This document shows, piece by piece, positions 1 through 12,449 of a stretch of DNA of 64,000 nucleotides. Source of the DNA: Mytilus trossulus (taxonomy: Eukaryota); assembly GCF_036588685.1 (NCBI RefSeq), contig NC_086385.1, positions 12,214,001 through 12,278,000 of the forward strand. The letters run 5' to 3'. Positions within the stretch are counted from its first letter, which is position 1; each line of letters starts with the position of its first letter. A program made the position numbers and the translations under genes. The notes beneath the pieces are model-generated. The model had not been told where the DNA came from. It saw nothing but the letters and a program-made list of their open reading frames with translations, and did no database searches.

Positions 1-375
1 TACCATGTCGATCAGTGATACATTAATTGAATTATGATCACTGAAATTGAAGATATCGGAAGTAAATATCATGTGGGAGGTCAATTGTTTTGGAATATTT
101 AGCAACTTTACCACAAAATGCAAATGCAAATAAACATGCATGAACTGCATACATGAAAATGTTAAAAATATTACGTTACTTGAATTGTATCACCTTGGGC
201 GAAAGTACCAACATAGGATACAGATTCACAATTAAACAAATACTTTATTTCAATTGTTCGTTTGTTCATTTTATTTAAAACTAAAAATCACTAGTAAAAT
301 AAAGATTGTGATAATTGCTTGTTTCAATTTAAGTAATTGTCCATATGATAAAATAGCATGTATGGTCAGCTCGTA

Positions 376-453
376 CCGGACCGTACGCATATACTCATAC
401 GGTCCGACCGTACGCGTATGGTCGGACCGTACGAGTATATGTATATGGTCCGG
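376..453. repeat. 78-bp palindrome built from GGACCGTACG-type motifs (likely core of a small non-autonomous DNA element)
   Basis: Arms 376-414 and 415-453 pair at 34/39 positions with no spacer; related motifs flank both sides. Confidence 0.8.
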
Positions 454-1561
454 ACAGTACGCGTACGGTCCAAATACTAATATGGTCTGGAACATATGTA
501 AAGGTAGAATATTTGGTTAGGTTGCTTGTTAGTTGAACCATGAAGTCATTAGGTTACTAGGTATACTACTCTCCTTTCGGTTAGACAGATATATGTTATA
601 TTGGTTATCTATCGGGCTTGTCTACTCTTAAAGGGGAATATTTTACCTAACATAACGGTTCAGCTAGCAAGCAAGATAATCAAAGATATTACTTTTACCT
701 AAACAATCAATACATTATGCTGTAAATTATTCAATTTTAGTGGTGTTTTTCATAATTTTGACATCCCAATTATTAAATCCCGGTAAATAAGTCAAGTTAA
801 CTCCAAATGGCAAAACAAGCACATTTGCACATTGTTTCTTGCATGCAATGATATTACGAAATCGGCAATCATGTAACATTGTTTAAAGGAAAAGATGGGC
901 AAGAAATACAGAATGTTTCGTCCGAACGCTCATCGAATTATCTGAGTAAACTTTCATTTCCGAATATAATCAGAAAGTGAAAAATATAACCTTATCCCTA
1001 CTTAAGATATTTCCAGGAGAACTTAGTGTGTGTGCATAATAAAACGGACCTGTTCTGCTAAAAAATAGAATGGTTGAAAATAAACCAATAAATGTATTAA
1101 TGGTAATGCACTGTTTTTCATTTTGTTTTTCGTGTTTAAAAAAAAATGTGAAATAATTATATCAATTTATTTTCCTTATTTAATGTCTTTTAGAGAAAAA
1201 AAATATTTTTAATTCCAGCAAAAATAAGTAAAAAATACAAAACTGAAAAGTGCATGCACAAGATCTTCTGATATTCAATAATTTTTACTTACCGACGGCA
1301 GAATAATTTAACAATTTTGATGTTTTGTACGAGAAATAACACCCATTGTTTGATTATAGATGGTTGAGTTGACACATCTAATTTTATAACAGTTTGTATT
1401 TATGTTAGGTGTATGTGTTTTATATATAACAGCCTAACAGGTGTATAGATGTTATATGGCGTGTGGGTTGGTTTAAACCTGTAAAAACCAACATGTCTGG
1501 ATCGACAGTGACGGTCAATTGGTGTTTTTTTTTCTTCACCTGCAGGTGGGTCGGTTTGACG

Positions 1562-1583
1562 ACAGGCGCTTGGGTCTATGATA

Positions 1584-1615
<32 letters not shown>

Positions 1616-1900
1616 ATTAAAATATCCAATTTTCTACATATATAATACATATCTATCACTTCTGTGCATGTCTCACCTAGTTTCGAGTGATTTAAACGAC
1701 CCAGAGAAAATACCAAATTTTACTATCCATACCTAGTTTCGAGTGATTTAAACGATTTTCTCTGGGTCGTTTAAATCACTCGAAACTAGGTGAGACATGC
1801 ACATAAGTGATAGATATGTATTATATATATAGAAAATTGGATATTTTAATAAAAAAAAAAAAAAAAAAAAAAAATCTGTATCATAGACCCAAGCGCCTGT
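1562..1900. mobile_element. Foldback MITE with ~150-bp inverted arms
   Basis: ACAGGCGCTTGGGTCTATGATACAGA-(T)n... mirrored by ...(A)n-TCTGTATCATAGACCCAAGCGCCTGT; flanking direct repeat GGTTTGACG (1553-1561, 1902-1910), i.e. an 8-9-bp TSD. Confidence 0.8.
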
Positions 1901-2029
1901 GGGTTTGACGTCACCATGATTTTCAAAACTTAAAATAGACATATATTCAATCGTAACAACTTGACCGATTCCGTACCTCATCTAAGATAGACGGAGTCAT
2001 CCGAGGATTGCCGATTGGACATCTATTTA

Positions 2030-2725
2030 TAGCTTGCTTTTTGGTGTAAGCAAAGACTCCGTTTTGAAGACTGTACTTTGACTTATAATGGTTTGTTTTT
2101 AAAAATTGTGTTTTGGATGGAGAATTGTCTCATTGGCACTAATATCACGTCATCTTCTTATATCTATATGATATTTTATAGGTGTGATGTTACACTTTTA
2201 TTTCAGGTTAGAGTAAAGGTTAAAACGTATATCAGCTGCAATTGTTAATTTTCTTTATAGATTAGAGTCAAGACCGCTAGTTTTCCAGTTTGAATGGTTT
2301 TGCACTGGTAATCTTTGGTGCCCGTTATAGCTTGCTGTTCGGTGTGAGCAAAGGCTCTATGTTTAAGATTGGGCTTTACCTATAATGATTTACTTTTCCA
2401 AATTGATTAGGATGGAGAGTTGTCTCATTTGCAATCATATCACATCTTCTTATATCTATATAACAGTGATTTTACACATGATAGGGTGAAGGGTTGGCGC
2501 ATGTTTAAATGTTTAAATGATGTTGTTCATATGCGTTTCTCGTTTCTCATCTTTTTATACACATTTGACCGTTGGTTTTCCTGTTGGAATGGTTTTACAC
2601 TAGTCATTTTATATGCTTGCTGTTTTGTTGTGAGTCAAGACTCAGTGTTGAAGGCCTTACTTTGAACTATAATGGTTTACTTTTTAAAAGTGTGACTTGG
2701 ATCCAGAGTTGTCTCATTGGCACTC
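2030..2725 (+). repeat. Three degenerate tandem copies of an abundant interspersed repeat
   Basis: Recurring TTGGATGGAGAGTTGTCTCATTGGCACT...CACATCTTCTTATATCTAT and TATAATGGTTTACTTTT motifs; related copies at ~7610-8190, ~14390-14790, ~15608-16030, ~48535-48745. Confidence 0.7.
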
Positions 2726-3758
2726 ACGAAATTTGAACTACTACTACTAGTAATTATTAAATTTGTTATATGAAATATTTGCCTCTGGGTGTTTAAACAA
2801 CGTGTCAAATAGGGAGACAACCGTTAATTTATTTAGTCATATCTTTTTAAGGGTGTGTGTGGGTTGGGGAGGATGAATAAACTAGCTGAAAAAGAGCTGA
2901 AAAAGACAAGAGTAGAATTAATAATAAATCAACAAAAAACATCGCACTACCCCCCTCTTTCCTGAAATTTAAAATGATCGGATAAATACTATAAATTTTA
3001 ATAGTATGGTTAGTTCTATAATATAAAACTACAAAATGGCCATTCTTTTCAGTTTTGTCATTTGTTATCGGATTTATTCACCAATAGTTCTCACTTTGAA
3101 TATTTAATGAATAATCTATCTGGAATCATAGATAACTTTATTGAAAGCTCTAATGCCCATAAGGGCCAATGGCTTAAAACATTTTACTTGATATGCAGTA
3201 CCATACATAAAAATATAAAACAATGAAAATAAACAATGCAAACACGTTCTTCTATTATCCTTCTAAAAGTTCTGTTGTCTTTCTTCAAATCCATATAGAC
3301 ACCTTTTCGTTTTTAAGTAATTGCAATTGATTTTATAAACTTTAAAAAAAATCAACCCCTCGAAAACTTTAATAAAAAAAATATAAGTATTGAAGATTAA
3401 TAAATATTGGTAATATAGAAGACGAATAGGTTCCTAGCATAATTACATTTGGTCATAACAAGAAGTGTCTTTTAGTTAAATTTAAGAACATGTACTGAAA
3501 GTGGATACATGTTTTGTAATTAACAAGTAAAATTTGTACCTGGCATAATTACATATGGTCATCCACTACACAGGAAGTGTCCTAAGGGTCAATATATCGG
3601 TCAGATTATTCATAAGTTTATGTAATTAAATATTCTATGTCCTTTTACTTTTGTATGTTGATGTTTTCGGTATTCTCATGGCAAGCATAACAGATCTACT
3701 TAATTTCAGATAGGATTTAGAAATTCACGCAAAAATTTTCAGAGTTCGTGTTAGTAAA

Positions 3759-4916
3759 ATGATGAAGCCCTTAAAATCAGTTTTAAATGTATGTGTAGGA
3801 ATTGCTTTGTGTATCGTATTATATTATGTTTTGTTGAACAGTTTTCAAATATTCCGAATTATGATGTTTTCTGAAATAAATCAAAACCCCGAATTTAATG
3901 GAAGTGTGGACCAATCGAGTGATCGTTATTGGATGGAATATTACCAACAGATAACCAAACAAAATGGAATCAAAGCATTTACGCATGCGCCTATAACTAA
4001 CGGAACTTGCCACGGAAAATTTCACAGTAATATGAATGATAATATGCAAACCGTTTTGGACTATCCGGTTGTAAACAAAATGGCTTCACAATTCAAAGAG
4101 ATGTTCGAATTGTTTGGAGAACCGGTTGTCAGTGGTAACGAGACTTTACCTGTTATTGTTACAGGTGCTTCGTCCAATCATTACCACGAATCCCTTGCTA
4201 TGATCAACACTTTCAAGGAGAAAATTTCATTACGATACAAAGGGATAAAGTTGATTTATTATGATCTCGGTTTAACGAGATTTCAAAAACGGGAGTTACA
4301 CAACTTTTGCAATTGTGAAATAAGGACTTTTCGTTTCAACAAATATCCTTCGTTCGTAAGGGAATTGAGAAATTTTTCTTGGAAAACTGTAATTATATAC
4401 ACAGTCTTGAAAGAACACAATTTTGTAATGTGGGCCGATACATCGGTAAAATTTACAGGTACGAAGGAAGCTTATGACGTGTTTTTTCAACAAGTAAAAC
4501 AAGTTGGCATTCTTGTTAGAAAGAATAACCGAAGTGAAACAGCTCGAACTTTTTACCGCACGAAAGAAGAAACATTTAAATATCTAAATGAACAATCATG
4601 TATGTTCGATTTCAAAATATTAGGAGCTGGATTCATAACAATTTGGAAAACATCATTTACGTGGAAATATATTATACAACCTTGGCTAGCATGTGCCTTG
4701 ACAGAACATTGTATGTCTCATTTCGACCCCGGGTTAATCATGTTTTGTGATCCCAAAAAGGAAGTTTTATATCACTGTCACAGATTCGATCAGGCGGTTT
4801 TAAGTATAATTCTACAGAGACTGTTCAATGTCAATTATGATATAGTGACCTTGAACCGTCTACCGGAAGTTCACCAACGTGATAGATCTCAACGTTATTT
4901 CATTAAAGAAGTCTAA
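3759..4916 (+). CDS. DUF1647-family type II membrane protein (glycosyltransferase-like, uncharacterised), single coding exon
   Basis: 385-aa intact ORF; N-terminal TM anchor (VCVGIALCIVLYYVLL); motifs VIVTGASSNHYHES, LIYYDLGL, FSWK, WADTS, CALTEHCM, HCHRFDQAVLSIIL; splice acceptor TAATTTCAG at 3701-3709 upstream. Confidence 0.85.
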   Translation: MMKPLKSVLNVCVGIALCIVLYYVLLNSFQIFRIMMFSEINQNPEFNGSVDQSSDRYWMEYYQQITKQNGIKAFTHAPITNGTCHGKFHSNMNDNMQTVLDYPVVNKMASQFKEMFELFGEPVVSGNETLPVIVTGASSNHYHESLAMINTFKEKISLRYKGIKLIYYDLGLTRFQKRELHNFCNCEIRTFRFNKYPSFVRELRNFSWKTVIIYTVLKEHNFVMWADTSVKFTGTKEAYDVFFQQVKQVGILVRKNNRSETARTFYRTKEETFKYLNEQSCMFDFKILGAGFITIWKTSFTWKYIIQPWLACALTEHCMSHFDPGLIMFCDPKKEVLYHCHRFDQAVLSIILQRLFNVNYDIVTLNRLPEVHQRDRSQRYFIKEV

Positions 4917-5502
4917 CCCTAATAATCCAGTCGTTATATTACGATCATTCCATAAGTGGGTAGAGGGCACTAACTTATTCTAGTTATAAAGGTATACAGA
5001 ACAAGTGAGCTAGCTCTTTTAAAAATCAACTGAACGTTTTAACGACCTGACAAATTTAAAAAATCAAACTTCTATATGAGAAAACAGCTATATATCCAAT
5101 GAAATAATGTAAATTGTGTGCTTCAAATTTTTTGAAAGTTATATACTTTTGTCAACAGGTCTAAGTTAATATATTGTCAACATCGTGTGAAAATTTAACC
5201 AGCAAAATTTATTCTAGTTATTTTTGTAGCAAACCATTTAATGAACCTACTGTAAGGTATGAAGATGCAGCACACATAATTCGTATCCGGTAAGGGAGAG
5301 CATTCATATTTTTTTTAAATAGTTCACCGCATAACATTCGTCACAACTCGGCCGATTCCGTACCTAGCGAATTCACCCGATGATTGCCGATTGCACTACA
5401 TAGGTGAAAGTGTCAAAATATTAGTTCTAATATGATATAAATATAATAAAAGTTATAAAATTGACTTATCATTATATCATTTCTTGTTATACTATAAACC
5501 AG

Positions 5503-6158
5503 GGGTGGTGGTCTCGAAAGTATCCGAAGATTCGTCCTAAGACACATCTTAGACAAATTTTAGGATGGACACTCTTAAGTTGTGTCTCGAAGCTATCTCA
5601 GACGGATCTTATGTTAGGACGTCCTAAACATATCCTTAGTCGAAATTTTAAATTGTTCAAGATATTTTTTAATAAAACATTTATTAATGACGAAATAATT
5701 TAATAAAATAGTTTACGAATTTTATAAGAACATGTACAGAATTAAATGCATAATTACCAATGTAATTATATAGAAAAAAAAGATTGTTATTTGAACTGGG
5801 AAACAATTCGTTTAGAAATGAGAATTAAATGTGTAGTGTAATCGTATCGTGAAACACGAAGTTCAAAGTTTAAAATCATGCACAATTTCTTTATATACGA
5901 GTTCATAACCGATGGTGCGTTTCATTTCATGTTCATTTTCACGTAAAATAATGAGCAAAATGCGAAATCCAAACTTTATTACACTAGGATGAAGATATGA
6001 TGCTCTTAAGACACATAATTGGGTGTCCTAAAGTTAGGACGAAAAATGAGATGTATCATAAGTTTAGAGAGCTTGAGGACATGACTTAAGACAAAGACTT
6101 GTCATAAGATAGACTTAGGACACGTCCTAATCCTAAGATAGCTTCGAGAACACCACCC
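5503..6158. mobile_element. PIF/Harbinger-type MITE
   Basis: TIRs GGGTGGTGGTCTCGAA / TTCGAGAACACCACCC, CAG TSD on both sides; absent from the paralogous site near 14375. Confidence 0.75.
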
Positions 6159-6536
6159 CAGGTTGCTATAAATATAAGAAGATGTGGTATGACTTTCTGC
6201 CCAGCTAATCTTCTGATACATTGGAGGATGAAGCTCATTTTAATTTATACTAGTATAAAAAAAACACTTTACTGATAGATATTCAAAAATAAGTAGTTTA
6301 AAAACATATGCCAGAATTTATGTCCTGGTAAGAAAATGAGAAAATTGAATATCTAAATTCTTTGCCCATTAACCCCAGAAGCTGTCACAGGCTTTTTCAA
6401 TATATGGTTTAAAGTGTGTCTTGGTTTGATGTTACACTATCATGACTATTGTTTTAAGTTGGATGAAGGTTGGCGTCTATTAAAATGTTTACACCCGCTA
6501 ACTTTTTTTTTGCGCCTGTCCTATGTCAATGGTTTT

Positions 6537-6814
6537 ATAATTTAATTTTGGATGTAACGCGACTTCTGATTGGCTGCCGTTATTTTGTTATGAGCCCATA
6601 GACATAATTAAGACATGTGACCGTGGGGTCATCAACGTTTTTTCATGGTTTTCCACGGTTTAAATTGGAATTTAGAATTAAATTATAAGAAAAGACTGTA
6701 ATATTTTTTCTGTCTATTCGAAATAACATAAAAAAAAATGCGCGTTATTCAGTGTGCACCAATTTTTTTATGTTATTTCTTCATAGACAGAAAAAATATT
6801 TCAGTCATTCCTTA
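6537..6814. mobile_element. Short non-autonomous element with a subterminal ~45-bp hairpin (Crypton-like architecture)
   Basis: Inverted arms ~6694-6737 and ~6763-6807, CTGATTGGCTG motif, ends at CCTTAA; absent from the paralogous flank near 15240. Confidence 0.5.
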
Positions 6815-6948
6815 AATACCTTAACAAATTGTGACTTTGGTTAATAGTCATTTGCAATCATACCACATCTTCTTTTGTCTATCAGGGTCCTGTTTTAAAT
6901 AGACATTAGAGCTGATAACATTGTATTGTTTATTGATATATATAACTA

Positions 6949-7123
6949 CAGTGAAATCTGTTTAAATCACCTCTTCGGGACTTAAGGTTGTGTTTGCTTT
7001 TGGCCAATATTCGGTTTTATCACATTTATAACGCATGCAATTTGATATGCCGGTTCGGAAGAATATGTATGGTTTATACAGGTTTTCGGTTTATGCAGGT
7101 TTCGGTTAAGTCAGGTTTCACTG
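6949..7123. mobile_element. Tc1/mariner(pogo)-type MITE, copy 1
   Basis: TA|CAGTGAAATCTG ... CAGGTTTCACTG|TA; TA TSD. Confidence 0.8.
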
Positions 7124-9295
7124 TATATTAGTAGATGATTTTGCTCCTATAATTATTATCGGCTCTTATCGGCTCCTAGGAGTTGGATTGGATATTGTAG
7201 ATCATTCCAGTATTCTTGACCTATTTATTTGTACAAAAAAAACCAGCTAGTAGTCATTGGATACTGTAGATCATTCCAGTATTCTTGACCTATTTATTTG
7301 TACAAAAAAAAACCAGCTAGTAGTCATTTTTACACTGTAGATCATTCAGGTAGTCTTGACTCTTGACCTGTTCATTTGTATTAAAAAAAAACAGTCAGTT
7401 GTCATTTTCACTTCATACACACATATACGAATATCAATTATATGCTTATGAGACATGCTGCAATGTTAAACTTATTACTGTATGTGTAAATCAAGACTTG
7501 CACTTGCATACAAAATATCCCAATATTAGAGGCAGTGGCGTCATTTTTCCTCAGAGCTTTCAGCTCTTTGATTTTTCTATATTGCAAACTGAACTTTTAG
7601 AGATTTTAAAAAAGAAGATGTGGTTTGATTGACAATGAGACAACTGTCCACAAGAGACCAAAATGACAACGAACAAAGCCTTTACCGCATAGTCAGCTAT
7701 AAAAGGCCCCGATAAGACAAAGTAAAACAATTCAAACGAGAAAACTAACGGCCTTATTTACATGAAAAAAATGAACAAAAAACAAATATGTTACACATAA
7801 ACAAACGAAAACCACTGAATTGCAGGATCCTGACTTAAGACAGACACATACATAAATAATGTGGCAGGGTGTAACATGTTAGCGGGATTCCAACCCTCCC
7901 CTAACCTGGAACATTGGTATAAAAGTAAAACATAAGAACGAACTATATAAATCAGTTGAAAAAGGCTTAACTAATCAGATGGACAAAAATACAAGTGGAC
8001 GTGGCATGGTACTTGTACATCTCGACACAAAAAGACACAAATTCAATGAACAATTCTGAGAGAACTCGCAGTTATCTTACAGTTATTTCAAAGCCACTAA
8101 CAACTAATAAAAAAAAGCATGCATCAAAGACTAAACTATCAATCCGTACACATCCAACATCCAATGGATTTAGTGTAAAGACGTTATAAACAGCCAGAGC
8201 AAATCATGACCTTGTGCAATTGCTTATTATCAATCACTTTTAAAGCGTAAAAACATTTAAATCCTGAATCTGAGCTTTTGACAGAAGTTGATGACTTTTA
8301 ATATAAAGCAAGCTAAAATAACGTCCATATCAATCAAAGGTTACATTCCCATTATATCTATGTCTTTGTGTCTATATATGTAGTTTTTCCTTTTCTGTGT
8401 TATATTTGTTTGTATTTTTGCACGTGTGTTTGCTTGACCGATATGGGTGTATTTTGCAAATAAGATTGTTGTTATCATAAATGTCATGAAATCTCTACTA
8501 AATACCATTCATAAGTCTAGTCTGTCTTTTATTTGGTTTCGAAACAGAGTGTTTACGAATATACGACATTTCACTAATGTCATATTGGCTTGCCTTCAGT
8601 ACTCATTTCATTGGTTAAACATTTACCCTATATATCCATGTACTGATACTGTGCAGTTTGGACTACGGGACACATAAAAATAGCTGCTTCGAAACAATTG
8701 GAATATTGGTAGATACTTTTTCGAAAACTAATTTAAAATTATATTGTGCGTTATTCTTTGTATCTTATGTTTATCGGCTAACCTAAAAAAAAAACCAATA
8801 GCAAAACTAAACAATTACAAAAAACTAAACAATTACAAAAAACCGAAATCAATTAATAATTTTAAATAAAATTAGGTGTTCGCTATGATTCTAGGCATAA
8901 CTCCAAGAGAGATTAATAATTAAATGAATCCAGTCCTCCGCATTGCAGTTTTGATTAAGACCCTCCCCCTATTTGGTCTTTAAGAGACAAACCATAAAAC
9001 TAAGGATATATATTTAGTATTTTACAGTGTAAATATTACAAATTATTTTATAATTTGTGCCGAAGAAATCTTATTTTTTTTTGTCGTGACTTGCAATTCT
9101 GGTAAAGGGTAACAGCTGTTTGTTTTTAAAAACTCTTGCCAAAAATGGATTTCGATTAACCTTTTTAGTATCTGAATTGCATGATCATGATGATATAAAA
9201 TGTGTTCAAGTGAACTTCAACTTTAATGTATGTAAAGTAAAGAAAACAACCAAAGCTAGGCACGTGCTTTTTTTTGTCAAAACCAAGGATTCAAA

Positions 9296-11844
9296 ATGAA
9301 GTAAGTAAACAAATAGAGTTCGATAACAACCACAAACCTGACTATACGCATGCTGTTTTTTTTTATGTTATTGAAATACATGTATTAATAAATAAAAAAA
9401 TAAACTACAAATGACAGAAACTTTTTCTAGCATTAAACAGCTCGAGGATGAGAAACGTTAAGACTTTCTGTTTATTCTATGCGTCTTACTATCAACTTAT
9501 GAAGACGAAGCACGAAGTTTGTTGGAATTTCAATGTGTATGCATCAAACAAGACGCTTTAACATAAACTGTTGTTTGTTTCATTCATAGCAAAGCTTTGT
9601 ATTAGTTATTTATTATTCATGTTAACCTTTAATTTGTGTTAATGAAAGATTCATTTGATGCCATTTATTGTTTAAGAAAAAGAAACGAAAAAAGCGCATT
9701 CGACGTGAATTAAATGGGTTAAATAATATCATCTAAGATCCAAGATGAACAAATGCACCCAAACTGTTTAACCGCATGTCAATAACTTTTTGATAACTGG
9801 CTATATAGGAACCTATTCAAGCAGAGGGTTAAAAAAATTCAAAAACTGTCAAGACAAACTTAGAGAAAAGTAAAATCACTAATTAAAAAAACTTAACTTA
9901 GAGGAAAATCAATTCGGAAAGTCCTTAATCACATTGCAAAATCAAATAACAAAACACATAAAAAACGAATGGACAAGAATTGTCTTATTCCTGACTTGGT
10001 ACAGTCATTTTCAAATCTAGAAAATGGTGGATTAAACCTGGTTTTATAGCGCTAACCCTCTCACTTAGATGACAGTCTCGTCAAATTCCGTTATATTTAC
10101 AATGATGCGTTAAATAAACAGACACAATAAATAAAATAGTCAAAATATGGGTACAGCAGAGACAGGCTATATTTTTTCAATAACAAAATACCTTTTTTGT
10201 AGCTTTGTTAATGCTATCGCCATTGCGGCAATATTGACTTCAATCCTGACATCAGGCGGGAGCTGCCAAGAATCCTGTTCAAGGAATGCCAGTCTTATGA
10301 AGAGTATTCAGTACCAGTTGAAACTTATGGGAGATAATGATGGAACGTGTGACTGTAATCAGAGTCCTTCTACCCCGAGTAAGTTTAATTATAACACGAC
10401 TAGTACCGGTATTACATTCTTACATGTTTAACCCCGCCGCATTTTTGCGCCTGTCCCAAGTCAGGAGCCTCTGGCCTTTGTTAGTCTTGTATTATTTTAA
10501 TTTTAGTTTTTTGTGTACAATTTGGAAATTAGTATGGGCGTTCATTATCACTGAACTAGTATATATTTGTTTAGGGGCCAGTTGAAGGACGCCTCCGGGT
10601 GCGAGAATTTCTCGCTACATTGAAGACCTGTTGGTGACCTTCTGCTGTTGTTTTTTTATTTGGTCGGGTTGTTGTCTCTTTGACACATTCCCCATTTCCA
10701 TTCTCAATTTTATTAAACCTGTAAACGAAAGGGGAGATTTCGATGCGGTTATATACAAAAGTGCTACTTTGCTAAAAGTCTCCGTTATATTAAATCACAG
10801 CTTTTCTAGAGGGTTCGAGATTGGCATATTTGTTGCTGACTTCTGTATTTTGTACTGCCTCGAAGTTATGTATTAATATTCCAACCCACATTATGCACAT
10901 GTGAAACTACTGGCTATCAGTCAAATTATTACCCGGAATATAAAAAGTTAAAAATAACAATATGTGTCCCCAGTACAATCCGCATTATCATTTTCTATGT
11001 TCAGTGGTCCGTGAAAATGCGGGGAAATCTCTAATTTGGCATTAAAATTTAAAAAAATAATATCACAAGAAAATTCAAGGTGATTGGACTTCAACTTCAT
11101 CAAATACTACCTCGACCAAAAAAAACTTGAAATAACCTGAAGTGGGACAGACCGACGAACGTTACAACCCTGAAAGGACAGATGGACGAACGAACGAACG
11201 GACGCACAGACCAAAAAACATAAAATTAGTATTTTTTTCTGCATTTAATAATTTAACAGGCATGAATTGTGATTATGCCGGAATGAATATATGATACCGA
11301 TTACTTTTTTAAATTAGGTTCAGGAAAGGTTGGTTTTCTGGTATCTAATTCAGGAACTTTGCAGAAAATTGGTGATGGTTCTATCGTTGTGTACGACACT
11401 GTTACTAGCAACCTCGGAGGAGGGTATGATAAATCAACTGGTATGTTCACTGCCCCCGGAGAAGGACTCTACTACTTTACATGGACAGTTCTTACTCCTC
11501 CTGGCAAATCTTTCTACACACAATTATTACTGAATGACACAGTTGTAGCAAGAAATCATGCTGGAGCTATAGGGATATCTACACACATGCCATCTAGTCA
11601 TAGTGCTGTTGGTTTTCTGGTATCTAATTCAGGAACTTTGCAGAAAATTGGTGATGGTTCTATCGTTGTGTACAACACTGTTACTAGCAACCTCGGAGGA
11701 GGGTATGATAAATCAACTGGTATGTTCACTGCCTCCCTCAATGATATGCTTAGGAAGATGTTATCTAAATTTAAAATGTTAAATGAACAGAAAATACTCT
11801 CCCTACCACCACAAAGTCTTTTTATATACTGTATGAATTTTTAA
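9296..11844 (+). CDS. Secreted C1q-domain-containing (C1qDC) protein with a rearranged C-terminus; exons 9296-9300, 10203-10378, 11318-11844
   Basis: ATGAA|GTAAGT, TTGTAG|C...A|GTAAGT, ATTAG|GT; phases join in frame to MNFVNAIAIAAILTSILTSGGSCQESC...(signal peptide)...KVGFLVS...VVYDTVTSNLGGGYDKSTGMFTAPGEGLYYFTWT (gC1q motif). TATA-like GATATAAAA at 9192-9200. The terminal gC1q strands are missing, so it may be a pseudogene. Confidence 0.85.
10424..10712 (+). repeat. Common interspersed repeat in C1qDC intron 2
   Basis: A reverse-complement copy lies at ~58914-59740, where it is interrupted by a MITE. Confidence 0.75.
10961..11222 (-). mobile_element. HINE (non-autonomous Helentron) fragment in C1qDC intron 2
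   Basis: Reverse-complement homologue of 33846-34297, including the (CGTT/GTCC)n microsatellite. Confidence 0.6.
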
Positions 11845-12449
11845 GACACGTCAATTTAAATGAAGTCTGATTGATCTCCAGCTATTCCCCGTTTTGAAAC
11901 AAACTTAAATATGATCTTTATTAAATTCGATCCAAAAATAATCACTTTATAGGAAAAGATATTTAAAAAGTCGTTGTAAATTCCATTAAAACTCATCCAA
12001 ATCAGATTTCTGTTATTCGGATATTTTTAGATACATTTCTTTTCTGACTGTGAACGCTGATTTAAGATTTACGTTGTACCATAAATATGATGAAATATTT
12101 TATGGTCAAGCTTAAATAAAAACTTAAGGAAAGAAAAACCTTTCTTTTTTCTCATTTTGAAACTACGATGTTTGTACAAAGTTCAACTTTGTCGTACTTT
12201 TAAGGCAGATGGCGGATTCGGGATCGGGGGTGAATGGGTGGTTCATCCTTGGATTGGACCAAATATCGTGTTTAGCATAAAAATCGTCAATATTGTTTTT
12301 ATGCATGCTACACTGGGTATTATTATTATTATTATTTTTATATATAGAATAACGCATCTTTCAAAATCCAGGAATCGCCCCCTAAAGGTAAAAATAGATT
12401 TGAACTGTGCAGTATATATGAGGTAGTTAATGCACACCTTTGCTGTGCC

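Noticed and set aside
10147-10431. Stand-alone 94-aa ORF
   Set aside because: It is C1qDC exon 2 plus intronic flanks; its ATG lies in a repeat.
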